A stretch of DNA of 64,000 nt from Phoronis australis (Eukaryota > Animalia > Phoronida), in assembly GCA_002633005.1 (NCBI GenBank), contig NMRA01000012.1, forward strand, positions 1,134,564-1,198,563. The letters run 5' to 3'. Position 1 is the stretch's first letter. Each line of letters begins with the position of its first letter. The notes under the pieces are model-generated. The model saw only the letters and a list, made by a program, of their open reading frames with translations. It made no database searches and was not told the DNA's origin. Below, piece after piece: positions 1 through 14,600 of this stretch. The position numbers and the translations under genes were made by a program.

Positions 1-3000
1 CAGTTTGACCTTGAAATTCGAAACTACAAATAAATACAGAGAATGTATTACACTGACACTCTAAAATGTCAACTATTTGGGACACAATGTGAGGAACAAG
101 TGATATTACATTCTCGTTTTTGCATAAACGATACGACATAGTAAAGTAATGCTTTACCATTTCCAAGCACTGCTGTGTAACTAACACAAGACAACTGTTT
201 AGTAAAATTGGTGACACTAACGACAATTTTAGGAGCCTTTTAAGAATGGGAGAAGAGCGATGCCAGTCAAGAGGTTTTGTCTGAAATTGGCAAGACTTTA
301 CATTACAATATTGTGTAGCTGTCTCAGGTCACTACGTAAGATCGTAAAAATCTCTAGTTTGTTACAATGACATATGATTTTGTTCAAGGTCGAATTGTAT
401 CAAATTTAAGAAATAGGCAATATTGGTCGTCCCAAACTTACGATCTACGACAACTGATAATTCTTACAAGCAATGGGGATGCATGAAAACACATCGGATG
501 CTATCATGAACCGACAATTCTATTTTAAAACTGTTATTACTATTACAAAATTCACGCGTCTGATATTTGAGAAATATGATGAATGTGAAAGTTGCCCATG
601 TCACAATCTTAAGAAACAAGAAAATTCAATTTTGGCCTGAATTTCGGTGTCCAAAATTTTAGAGACTTCCCAAACGGGAGAATTTGTTCTGTAGATCTAA
701 AATAGTGAACAACACTACAACACATATACAGAAACAATTTGTCAATTTGGAACAGTAATATATATTTGTTAAAATTGACATTTTTGTATTTTTCAGCTCC
801 GTATATTGTTTATAATATATCAAATGTTGCCTGGCAACAAATAAACGGTACAAACCATAGTAAAGGTAAACTGAAATTTCCTGAAAACTATTTTTTGTTA
901 AGAAATGTGATAACATAAAATTCCACTCATTTGCCAAGCTTTTCCCAAACTGAAGTTTTTAGTATAGGCCCATTAAACCCTTCGATTTTCTGAGACCAGG
1001 AAAGGGCCTATTTTATACTATACAGCATCGCAGATCAGACCGCTACCGAAATCTTTTGTTTTGGATGACAGAAATGAGTGGTTCACTCTGCCTTCTTGCT
1101 TGAGGCAACAAATAAATCAATGTATCAAATGCTTAGGATAAATCGATGAAGAATGTTCCAACAAAAGGCAGGAGGACTTGCCTTTTGATTTAATTATGTG
1201 GAAATATTGAACAATTGATCTAATAAGTTCACACACCTTTCGCATGCATTAATTATCCAAAACAGACAAATCAAGACCCTAAGACAATGAGCTGGTGTCC
1301 TGACAGTGCACGCAAGAATCAAAGGAACCGGCGTGTTGATCAACAAACAACAGTTCACAATGACCTTGACCTTTGGGTCGAAGGCGTTCCGTTGAACATC
1401 AAAAACACAAGTGATGAAAAGATAGTCACCAGTTGATAAAATCAGCATCAAATACATACTGGACCATAGTATTTGATAAGTCTGAGAAACCAAAACATAT
1501 TAGTTCTGATAAACAGCCACAGGTCCACACGGGACTTTAAGCACCATGACCTCTTGAAGAATTCAAATTACCGGTAATCCCCATACCGATTTTTGAGGAT
1601 TCTCAATTAAATCCAAACGGCTACAGTAATGAAAAGCCTTCGACACAAACCGTTTGTGTGACAGTCGATCAATAAATTTCAGCACACCGTTTTTAATACT
1701 CACCGTCTAATTCAAATGCAGAGTAAAAAAGACATTTACAAGCAAAATTAAAATGAGAAATTTTGTTCTATAAAACTAAAGTACCAAGAGCAGTCTGACC
1801 ATAGGAAGCTCATTATTGCCAAACAACAATGGAAATAATAAATTCATTAACAAACAGTGACTGAGGAGTGCCCTTAGTTAGGACTGAATTAGGAAGAGAA
1901 AAAACCAATTACAGACTTGACTAGATGGAATTAGCCAGGATCAATAAAACTGGCCCAAAATCCATGTAGTTTATAATTCACAACACACACTGACGCCATT
2001 CCAGCCAGAGGAGGTTGTGAAATTTGAGACTCGCAACAATATTTTTTACTTAAAGGGACATTCAATTGTAGGAAACCGGATTCCTGTTTTCAAAGAAAGC
2101 TGAAGCTGCAAGCGTCTCTGTTTTAGTTAGATTACATTAGATTAACGGATACATCATTCTATAGGAAGTATCAGTGGAGAACCTACAGCTTGTCTGAGCT
2201 TATGTCTGAAGACACGCTTCAGGAATGGTTAACATTTTCACCATGTACTAATATAATATTCTACAGTGTGGGGTGGTTTCAAATTAGATGTTCTTACAAA
2301 TAATGGAAAATTTAAAAGCCAGTTTCATGCAAATTTAAACTTCAGCACAAGAGGAGCGTCGATGAAAACTGCGCAATTGAACCTTTCAGACCAGTTTCGG
2401 TAGTCGAACAATGACCAAAGATATCGCAGTTTGATGCGTGGGTGCGAGACAAAATAAAGACTCCATTTTTACAAGTTAGAGTTTTATCTGACATTACTTC
2501 AGAATGTCCAACGGTGCACTATAAAATGAACAACAGCATTTAAACAACTCCAGCACAATACGACCTCCTTTTCAACATATATTACACGAAAAGATAAAAT
2601 GAAAGACAGATCCATAAAAATGCGTCTTTGCACAAACTCTCGCCACGTTTGCAATTTTACCTGAGCACGTGCTACACGGTGTTACTTAGGGCAGAATATG
2701 AAAAGTGAAATTTTATTTTTAATTTTTTCATTCACGATAAATACCACCAAGTTCTGTCCCATAGCTACCACCAGACAGTGTTTTGCCAAACTGTGAGTAC
2801 TTTACAATTGTGTTAGACTTCAAAAAAACAAAAAAAAACAATCAATTTCGACAGTTATTTTCGTCCGAGATTTTATTGAAATGAAGGAGAGCAGTGTTGG
2901 AAACTATTCACACATTTTGATCACAAAGAAGTTCAAGAGTAGTCGCGAAAAATAAAATATAACAGAGATAATTAAACATGCATTGAAATTACAGGTATGT

Positions 3001-3987
3001 GTTATATAACATGACACCTTATGGTACCCATTGCGACTAATTGTGAAATAAGGAATTCTTGAATTTGTCAACCTACAGCAGAGTTCAGTTTTAACTGTTA
3101 TGTAATCATTACCACTCGCTCAAAATTTATAACTGTTCCAACCTTAGTTCATGGTGTCAGTCGCTTGTCCTCAGTGCTATCGGTTTTCGATTTACTCCAG
3201 TTAGCCAGCCAGTGCCTCAGTACGCCATTATTTCCAACGAGATTTGACAACAGCGCCACCTACTGAGTAATAACTTTTGCCACTGCCATGTTCATACCAA
3301 GTAAAACAGTTATAACCTTTGGCTAAACCATTCTCATAGAGGGTTGCAACCACGCTACAGCTTTTTAAATCGGTTTTAAAGTGAGAGTTATTACCTTTAA
3401 CGGGTTTTAAAAGTTTCACTTTGGTGTGAACAGGGTATATGTTAGGCCCAGTCTACACATTCTGGTTTTTTGCATGAGACTCCTTATACAAGTTCCTACA
3501 TGGCATCTAGACCACCTTCTATACATTACACATGCTGTTAGTTCCAGAAGTCAAGTTGGAACGACAGTCTACACACTGAAATCAGTCATATACAGGGCTA
3601 GAGAGATAGTCAATATCTGTTGTTACATCCCATTCTACGCGTTTTGCATTGTATTGTATTTTACAGTGTTCAAATGGATAGTATGGTATCGTAATGTTGT
3701 GTAATATTTTGTATATCACAAATAAAACTGTTTGAAGACATGAGGACCATGTTGGAAAGCAGAATTCTCAATGAAGACACAATTCTGATTTTAAATTTAC
3801 TTAACAATACATAAAGAATTAAACAAACGTTACCTTAAAATCATACGCAATGTATTTCACGCATTCTCAATATTCAACACCATAACTCCACCTTCATCAC
3901 TGAAGAGCACAGTATTTATCATATTACTTAATACTTAATTTAACACAGGACTCATCCCAATTTCTACAATAACGCAACATGTCACAT

Positions 3988-4098
3988 CTCATCTCATCAT
4001 TGCTCAGTCACATCTCATCCCATCATTGCTCAACTCACCGTATATACAAGACAACCCTCATCCCATCATTGCTCAACTCACCGTATATACAAGACAAC
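3988..4098. repeat. 42 bp tandem repeat x2 plus a partial copy
   Basis: CTCATCCCATCATTGCTCAACTCACCGTATATACAAGACAAC repeated. Confidence 0.85.
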
Positions 4099-6569
4099 TA
4101 TCGACATCATTCAGGAAATGATCAATAATTAAACTAGGAAAATGTATCGTAACAAATTTCGTTTCGCGCATTGGAAATTTAAAAAATCTCATGAAATGAG
4201 AAATGGGGGTAATTTGGTCATTAGGAAATGTAAACAGAGTTTAAAACTGTAGAAATACTTCAAGAAGGACAAAAATTCACTCAATTTTGACAAGTTTAAA
4301 TGTTTCAAGTTGGAAGAACAATGTACCGCATTAAAAATATTCTACAAACACCAGATGTCAGTTTTAACTGGAAACACCATTGGTAAATGGTGTGATATTT
4401 TATTTACACACAATATTAATCAATTTGGCAAAAAAATATCCATTGCTCTGGTAACTCAGTGCTCGGGATCTCTACCACAACACCATCTCTCTGGTGTGAC
4501 TTTAGTTTTTGTCTACAACAGAGAAGATGAAGACAAAATCTGACTCACAAAAAGTGACTTTCAAAATTACTGAATAAAGATTCAGCGTGGGGCAGTTATT
4601 ACCACATTACAATCTACATATCAAGTTATTTCAGTCACTACAAGTTATGGGCATATTCTTGAATACTGTATTTTTGCTAAAGTGAGATTTAATTAATTTT
4701 CATACTTAAAGTTGTGTGGAGGGTTAATACGAATTTTCTGACTTAAGTATCGAGTCATTTTTCATGAAACAGAGGACCCCAGTACAGAGAGCATTTGCCT
4801 TCAGCCTGAATAGCTCCAAATCAAGTTACCACAAACATCGGTGCTAAGTATAGTAAAATGGCCCTTTCACACACTTAAAATATCAGTTTTTGCAATTATC
4901 AGAGATTGAGTTTTATCCACATTTGAAAAACGAGTGTTTGGCAAGGTAGTATAGGATGCATATTTTTGGCAGATTTGGAAGTGAAGATGAGATGTCATGC
5001 AAGAACACAATGAAATCAGTAGTTACAGACTCGGATCATCAAGGCATAGAATACATCTGTATCGTTCAAATGTGAATGAAATAAGAGAAATTTTTATTTG
5101 GAAACACTCAACATAAAGAACTGATAAAAATGTACACTATATTTTAAACTGATAACTAATTATGACCCGCTATGGAAATTATCCACTTACTTTGCACAAA
5201 AAATAATTGCCAAAATTGTTATTTTCCATTTTTAAATGCCGATTTCCTCATTGGAAACTTGACCAAATGTAGCTTATGACATTCGCACGCTGCAAATTAT
5301 GCTAGAAACAGACTAAATGTTTTTAGTATTTATTTTTGTGGAAACATTTAACATAATAGAACTGTACTGGTCGGCCATATTGTCTGCTAAATAAGCTTAG
5401 AATTACCAAGCTATCGAATGTGTCACAGCTTTTTTTTTGTAACCATCACACCCAATCTTAAAATTAAAAAATTTTTATGTTCGTCATACCCTGTCCCCGT
5501 TGCACACAACTTCACAACAAAATTGTGTTACAAAAATTCTTATCAGTTTATTTGGTTATACGGTATAGTTCGGGAGTCACTGACTGTTGACTCAATACGG
5601 CTCAGCTGGCGGAGCCTTAACAATTACAGCTTGTTCTCTTCATCAGTAAAAACAAATAATGGTAAATCAACAGTACATCACAGCAGTTATAACACCCTGC
5701 TGGCTTGTCAACAACCACCCCACCAGTGGGACAGTAAAGTAACTAGGGCGTTAGACTCTCCATACTGTATGCTATTTGGTGATAGAGTACCTGGTGATTT
5801 AGACCGATAGTCAAGGGAGTGGGATTTCACAGAGCTTTTTATCAAATCTTTGCCATCATCATCTTGTCTAATTACTACCGTTGAAAAGTGGGGTACCCAA
5901 ATGATTCACGCAAAAAGTCTGACATCGCAACATGTCTACGAACGAAATAAATTCGGGTTGTCTATGTCAACTCGACCAGTCTTGGTCAGCAAAATTTGAA
6001 ATTGGGGTCAAGCGAAAGTCACTTGTAAACTCACACAATGTTAAAAGAGATGTATGTTGGATGTTCCCTATTAATAACTGTACACAATCCTAACAAGTTT
6101 GCCACAGTTGTTACCATCGGTAACCACTAGACCTTCAGCATTCCAATGCATTTGATATTTCTCAAGTGACAATAGACGCTAAATCAAAGACTTTTGGTCC
6201 CCAGGGCCCTGTCAGAGAGAACAAGTTAAACCCTGATAATATGAAGATTGAGATTTGCATAAATAGCCGAAGACAAAGAAACACACAAATGGCTACAATC
6301 TGTCATGCCTGTGAATCACAGGCCAAATGGAAACGTAGCCAATAAAAATATTTCATTGAACTTCTATTTTTGCAATGAAACTGATTTTTTAAAAAATTCT
6401 AATACCCTGTTAACAACTATTACTCTTCCACTGGCTCAATAAAATATGTTAATAGATTACTTGGCTTTGCCTAGTCCAGTCATCCTCCAAAAACTGGCCA
6501 GGCAATTCAAAAATGGAATAAGTTATAAAGCTAAACATATTCATGCCAGGCTCTCGCATGCATTTCAAA

Positions 6570-7035
6570 AATAACAATAACAGTAAAATACTTACAGCTA
6601 CATTGTTAGCGATAGCAATAACAATACCAACCTAATAATCACTAACACCATCATTATTATTACTAGTATCACTACTGTAACTATCATTATCATTATTATC
6701 ACTATTATTACCACTATTACTATTATTAATATCATTATCATTATTTCTATTATTACCACTATTACAATTACCATTATCAGTATCACTATTATTACCACTT
6801 ATAAAATTACTATTATTAATATCATTATTATTACAATTAACACTATTACCATAACCATTATCATTAGTACTATTATTACCATTATTACTATTATTACCAT
6901 TACTATTATTAGTACTACTATTAATATAATATTATCATTATTATCATTATTACTTTTATTACAAGTAGTACTATTATTAGTTCTATTATAATTACTATTC
7001 TTACTATCATTATAATAATAATTATTATTATGATC
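6570..7035. repeat. Degenerate (ATT/ACT/ATC)n low-complexity tract
   Basis: Trinucleotide periodicity throughout. Confidence 0.9.
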
Positions 7036-10000
7036 AATTCACTGTCATTATCTCTACCATACAAAGCTATAAAACAGTGGTAGAACTACACAAATTTAGC
7101 ACTGTAATGTAATTTCCATGAAATCTGTTGCATAAAAACACCAAAAATAAGATGATAATTTGATTGAATAAAGTAATTTTTTTAATTTTTGCATGGAGAT
7201 ACTAACTGAACACAGAAAAATCTCACTAATTTTGTACAAAAATAATTGCTGAATCAATTTTCCTCATTTTGAAAGTGTTTTACATTGTTGTGATTAGAGG
7301 GAATTTTTCAATAAATTGTTCGATTGCACAAAACTTTAAAATGAAAAAAGCTTCAATATTGTGTTATGTAGTTGTGTACAAAAATGAAGAAATACAAATT
7401 CACAGGTGACTTAAATGTGTCCTGAATCAATGAGATTTTATCTCACAATGATCTTTATCAGAAAATGCTAAACTGCTTTTCTACAGGTAAATCATTTCCT
7501 TTTGTAACAGATAAGTACAGGTAAGTACAGGTAAGTACAGGTAATTGATAACCTAGAATAATCTGTTAACCCCATGCCTAACAATAGTCCATTAGATTGA
7601 ACTATTAGGTTTTAAGGAAATCAGCTTGGTTCAGAAAAGCTGCACTTGCCCACGTCGCTAACACTCTAGGATGAACCAAAAAGTTAAAAAATAGTGGAAA
7701 TGCTCCAATGAAATAATCCTAGCGTATAGCACGCATCAATAGCTCACTAGCCTGATGTTCAGACAATAGAACGTGAAGCGCTGGAAATTAGACCTTTTCA
7801 CAATGGAAGAGACTGATTGTAGTGCAAATAAAGGGCAATGTGCTACAGAGATGAACACTTGATAAATAAGTTGTCAACCATTCTTCTTAATCCTTTGTAG
7901 TGACATTTCTGTGCTTTGAAACCATACATGGTACAACAGGCAGTTCAAGGAAAACTAAAATGGCAAACAGTCGTCACCAATACTGCCGGACGTGCCTTTA
8001 AAAAGGCCCAAGGCCCTAGGAAACATTTCGTAATTAACTATTGTATGGATAATTAACTTGAACAAAAATTCTAATGAAGGGAAATAACTATGCCTTCATG
8101 CATTTCATGGAAAAAAGTTCGACAAATAAAAGATTAAACCAGATACTTTCATTACTTTTTTCGTAGCCAAACAAATGGTGATTGTAAATATTAAGAGATT
8201 TTATTGACGAAACTTAATATACATGAAACATATCTATCACCCACAATTCCATTCTTTCACAGTTTCTAGCACAACTTGAATTCGTTCAACCCTAAAAAAT
8301 TCTTACTAATGTTTTTTTCGAATATAACACCAAAAACCAATATTGATTTCATATTATTTTTACATAATCGCCAATAAAAACAAAAATAAATATGAAGAAA
8401 ATTACAGTGTGACTAAAACACAAAGTGTCAAGATCAACATTGAATGCATTTGAACTGGGACAGCAATAAAGTGCCACCTATTGACAAAATCTCTGAAATG
8501 GAGCTCAATAGCCTCTACAAAGCAAGTACAATCAAACATTAGTGGCTATAAACTTGCCTTTTATCACAAAACTAGCTTTTGATTTAGTCTACTCACTGTT
8601 ATGAAATTGGTCTCGGTTAAAACAGACATGATTCCAGGTTTGGTAAGAGCAGTTTGTTATTGGTAGAGACCAGGCTTTAAAAGCTGACTTGTCAGGCGAT
8701 GTCATTTTATTGGCTGAGAATGTACTAGAACACCAAGGAAGTGCCAGTTCTTTGCAAAGGCCATGAATCCTTTCCCACTGGCTCCGAAGCTTCGGTAACA
8801 CCAACGCTTTGGTCAATGGAAACACTTAATTTGGTCTTGAATAAAAGTTAACAGCGCGAGTTACCTCCGGAGTTAAGCGATGGATTTAACAGCACAGCGT
8901 CAATGCTTCGCTACAATGGGAAAACTTAACTTCCATGCCATCGGAGTTATCGACTGGGGTCACTGTCTGCGTTTACCAACAGCGGACGGTGCCTGATTAA
9001 CATTTTGTTATAATCTTTATTACTTTTGCATTATGAGCATCCTGTTTCAATTTATCTGTGTATTTGCTAAAGTCTTTACATTAAAAAATCACTGAATATA
9101 TGGTGTACGCAAAATGAATTCCCTCCATACCGCCTTTGCTCGAATCAGCTGTTTGACTACTCAAAAGTCATTTTTTAAAATGTCATCTGCTAGTACATCG
9201 TGCAATCACTGGCTGACTTCATACTATTTCCCATTAATTCCGTCACCTTATGTATTTTTAGTAAAAATTTAGCAAAAAAAATTCATAGCAAAACTACTGT
9301 GTCAATAACACCAAATTTCCGTTTGATATAAATATTCAAGCAGAAATCTCAAGAACACTAATTTTCTAAATTTTAATTTAATTTTTGTTTTATCCAAATC
9401 TTGAGTTTTTTTCTTAAAAATCATGAAAGCCCCGTTTTTTCTTAGCCCCTCATGCTAAAGTGGAGCATTTTGAAAACAACCCTCAACAGCATTTTAGAGA
9501 ACAGTGCACAAAGCAAAGTATCAGAAAGTTTCGTATTTGAGATGTGAAGTTTTGAAGTTAGTCAAATTATCGCATTTTCTAGGGTCCTATACAGCATAAA
9601 ACTTCAAAATTATCCGTGGAATAAGTTTGATTGTTGCGTGACGTCAGGTGCATTTTTCAACAATAACAACGTGACGCATGATAATGGGACGTCATTGTTG
9701 CTATGCAGCGTAAAACTTTTATGCAACTGGGCCCTGGTGAAGAACAATGAACCAGAATGAGGAAGTTAGTGATGTGCAGTTCAGATTTTAACTTATGGTA
9801 AACTCTCACCAACTCTGGATGAATGTAATTGCCAAAATTGATCTTTTTTCAAAAAGCTTCTAATGTTCAGAATCCCTCACATTTTCTCAAAACATGGCCT
9901 GGTGGTACCTATGATGAAGATCTAAAAAATGATAAAGCATTACTCTGACACTACGGTACTTGCCCTTTCACACTCTGTTCTTAATTGGAAAGATTTTACT

Positions 10001-11528
10001 GTATCATACGAAAAGTTCAGGCATTTAATTGGCTGTTAAGGCAACAAAAAACATGACTAGACACAGGTTACAAAGCGATAGCTATCACCACATGTTGTTG
10101 AATGACAGCTACACAAAAAGACCTTGATTTTCCACGATAATCTAAAATGGATAGATTTCACGGAATCGGATTTCTTTCATAGAATTAGAAATTTCAAAGA
10201 AAATTCACATATTTCATTAGTACATGCTACAAAATTAATTTTGTCAGTTTTTAATTTCAGAAAATTAAAAATACAATCAAACAAATATGCTACCCAAGAT
10301 TGATTACAGCCACAACTCAATCAATGATTGTTTTTCGGCAGGCATGTTCAAGGTCTATTCTTTCAGTTCATTTTTCTGTTATAGAAGAAATCAAACATGG
10401 CATGCTCTGATTTTAAAAACAGAAAACTACATTACTAACCACGATAATTGTCAAGTAGAATTTCATTAATAACTCTATTTGCTGAAAAACGCTGCAAAAT
10501 TAAATTCCACTTCTCTACTGTATTTCCTGAAAGAAAGAAAGTGAATAGCTAGCAACGGTTTCCCTGCAAAGAAATGTAAGGAAAATTTACCTGGCCATAA
10601 CTGAAAAGACTGGTCTTTCGTTGGAATCAAGAATATTCCTTCTATTCTTTTCTATATACAATTACGAACAGCCTGTATTTGGTTTTACGGGTACAATCTT
10701 AAGATACACTTACACTACGGTACAAATTCTCAAGTTTGGGCCAGTCTCTAAAATCTAAAATGAGAAATTCAAGGAGAAATCGAATTTTTGTGATCCTATA
10801 AAATGGGACACAGTCGTTTTGGTGTTCGTCATATTTTTAAATTTTGTAAACTGCGCCTTGTATCAATAAAGTCCAAAAATAGACTTGGCAGCTCATAAAA
10901 TCACCGAAAATAGCTGCCAACACCTTTTCATACATCCTAACAGTGTGTAACATCAAGACAAGTATCATTCATCATTGATCGTAATTCTTGAATTTGAGAC
11001 AACCAACATTACTTATTTCTAGAATTTGGCACAAGTTTTAACATCAAGCAAAATAATTAATTTTTCACTGCCTCAAACTAAAGAATGTTTACTGCAACTG
11101 ACACTGAGCTACAGCCATTTGTTTCAAATTTGGAGAGCGGCTAACCAGCCCGAGGTGCTAGCACGTGCTTGAATTTTCAGGCATGGGACGGGACAACAAA
11201 TTGTTTGTGTGAATATTAAGTAATAACAAATATAAATAATAAACGACTCGAGAAACACTTATGCGAACTCTAGCTGTGCCAGAGAAATACCGATCAGAGA
11301 CTGAATACGGTAGATTGGCTGAACACATCACACAATGTTCTGTCTCGCACGCGATACTGAAAAGTGGACATTCAATATTTGTCACCAATGAAGACAGAGA
11401 CAAAGGGACATGTGATTACATGATGACACTTCCATGTTTCATGAAAAGCAACTTTAGAAATTTGACTTCTACTCCCATGTCATAGTTAGTGAATAAAGGT
11501 TTAGCCATGAAGATATTTGCATATCACT

Positions 11529-11691
11529 CAGGGGCGGATCCAGGATTTTGAGTTGGGGGGGGGCAGGGCAGAGTATTAGTCAGGATTTTGCCGTCAGACA
11601 TTCGCACCCCTCAACTGCTAAATGGAATCTGGAAGAATTTTAGGGGGGGGGGGGGGCACAGTCCCCTAGGCCTCCCTCAGATCTGCCACTG
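11529..11691. mobile_element. hAT-like MITE
   Basis: CAGGGGCGGATC...GATCTGCCACTG termini with internal poly-G tracts. No clean 8 bp TSD. Confidence 0.55.
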
Positions 11692-14600
11692 TCACTGCTT
11701 GGAAATAATTTTAATTTTTGCAGCACGTAGCAGTTGTGAGTATATTCTTAGATACTTTGTACTTTTGCTAAAGTTGCTTCGATTTTTTTTCAGAAATAAT
11801 TATGGGAAGCGTAAAGCCAAATTTTGCTGTCATGAAACATGGCCCAGGTAAAAAAGCTCATTTCTTTATAGGAGAATCACCAAAATTTTGAAGTAACAAT
11901 TTTCGGACACGCAACTCTCTAAAAACTGACGTTTGGTTTTCTTCTGATTTGTGTCACAATTGTCATCATAAGCAAGGCATAGACAATGGTTAACAGTCTT
12001 GAAATCTTCTTTAACCATAATAATGTTTTAACAGAAAAGTCTCAATAACACTTTTCACCCTAATTATTCTTGAAAACAGAACCTTAAAATTCACTCCGAA
12101 AATGGATTTTTCAGATAAATTTTAGAAGCATAAATTAACGATATCCAAGAACAGTATCACAGTATCCATATTTAGAAAATGTCCTGAAGAAAATTAAGAA
12201 GATATAATTATAATACAGACTAGTTGTCTAAAACCAGTGTGACAAGTTGACATTTTCTAAATTAACAGATCACCCCAAACCTAGATTCCATTGGTCAGAA
12301 AATCTTTCCAATTTCAAAGAACATGAATATGACCTAGAGACTAGTATTGTGTAACTACAAAGTTGAACTCTCTATCAGTATTTGCAAGTGTTTAATAATT
12401 CATACGTAGACACAAACAAGACAACCTACACTAGTGAAACAAAGGAAAGCAGCATCAGGAAATGTTGCCTAGCCAGTGGCTTTACTTTCAGAAATACAAT
12501 TTCCATCACTGCTGAACCAATTACGGAACGGGAAAGGCAGAAAGCCAATCAGAGCCCCCCACGCCGGGCACGTCCATTTATTTCATTATCCAAACGGCAT
12601 CAAATTGCCCGCGCTGCACAATTCATTAGTTCCTTTAATTAAGTTTACACCTTGCCAGGTAATTCAATCCACTTTCACCTGCTATGCCAACTGACAGAGT
12701 GGACAGAGGTCCACCTAATGCAGCAATAGTTATCACTCACCACTCATTATACCTGGCTTGTACCTGCAGGCTGTTTTTCCTGTGTCAATCAACATGGTTC
12801 AACTTATGTGACACTTGTTACGTGACCAAAACCCACTTAATCAACACACACTGAACACCTCTAGGCAACAGAACTGATCAACAGGGGTAGGAAAATTGAA
12901 ATCTTTATTTTTAAAAAATAGCTGAGTATAACTTTTAAAACAATTCCATTTGGGGGAAGATTTCTTCCATTTTGAGAGGCAGAAACCTGTCCTAAAAAGG
13001 GAGATTTTCATAACATTCATTCATTTAAGAGGACACATTTTCCTCATGTTTTAGTTATAAATTCATAATTCATAATAACTTGGTATCGTTCTTTCAAAAT
13101 TATGTACACTACCACCCATTTCAGTGGAAAAATATTCTTTCATTGCTCAAAATCACACAGGGAAGAAATTCCCAAATTTCCTTGTTACAGTCAGACATCA
13201 CAGATGCCAACTTTTATGACCTGAAAACGTGGACCCTTCAGCAAAACCACAAAACAGGCTTTCCTTGTCAGTTCTACACTGTGTTCATAATTGCAACAAT
13301 CTTAGGTACCTAAAACATCTAAGTGCTTACATCTAGCATGTTTCCACAGAAACAATGCCCGCCATTCTCAAGCTATGATTCTACAATGGCAAGTCTCGAA
13401 TCAAGCTATAAAACACAATTACAATACTCCCCCCCTTATATTGCACAAGAATTGTCATTGCCATTTTTAAAAACGCTGATGACTTTACTGCAAGTAACGG
13501 AAAATTTACAAAAAATTATTTAATGACATTTACGCAGTGAACCATGCTAGCAATGGACAAAAAATTTCTTAGTCTTTAAGTTTGAGGAAAAAATTTGACT
13601 AAATGAAATTTCACTTGTCAGTCATATTGTGGGCTAAACAAGTACAAAATATTACTGTACATTAACACAACACTGAGACATACAAAAATGAGGAATGGCA
13701 TAGAAACCACAGGACAATATCCGTTGCGTATTACGCAGCAACACTCGAATCTCGCTGTATTTACCCACAATGCCGTTAACATTAGGCATATTTGCTGGCT
13801 CATTTTCGGACACAAGAAGAATTTGAGACAATGCATGAGACTTTAGTATCATCTTGCGAGAGCTGGCATGTACTGCACATTCTTGATTGAGTTTTCAGAT
13901 ATGAAATTTGAAATTGGCATCTCCTGTCGATCTCACCACCGACGCCCGGCTGGCTGTCACCAACTTCAACAGCGGCCTTGGTACCAAGCTACACGCCGTT
14001 ATTCAGCAGCTCAATTTCTGCAGCGCTGAGCTAATTTTCTTTTTTTGGAGAATTGTCAACAAAATGTTCTCTCATCTAGAGGTTATGTACAGTTCAAAGC
14101 CAATTAGCGAAATTGGTTTCACTTCGGGCACTTAATTACCAATGAACCACAGTTCTAAAGAAATTCAGTTTCACTGAAGCAGTTAAACAAAAAACTGTAC
14201 AATAGAAGCATGCACATTGCAGGAATATGTTGGTTGAAATTATCAATAATGGAACTTTCTTTGTTACACAAAAGCAGCTAAAACTTGTATAGGTGAATGA
14301 CACTCATTAATCTGTTTCACCAGCCATAACAAACACAAGGTAGGTGTCACTTAAAATCACAGGATCAAATGAGTGTTCAGAAAGTCAAAAAGAATGTTTT
14401 ACATTATTTTAAAGCTTGCGATGCCTCTTCAAAGACGATTCTCAATGTATCTACTTCACCAATAACAGCTGTTGGTCAGTTCATCAAAGTCATAAACAAA
14501 AACCACGTTTTTCACAAAGAAGAATAGACCACAAGGGGGAGTTAAGTTCTGAGACCCATAACTAACTTCACAAAAACATGTCAAGCCACTCTGCAAATGG

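Noticed and set aside
6598-6798. 66 aa Ile/Val-rich ORF resembling a membrane protein
   Set aside because: It is the translation of a degenerate trinucleotide low-complexity tract.
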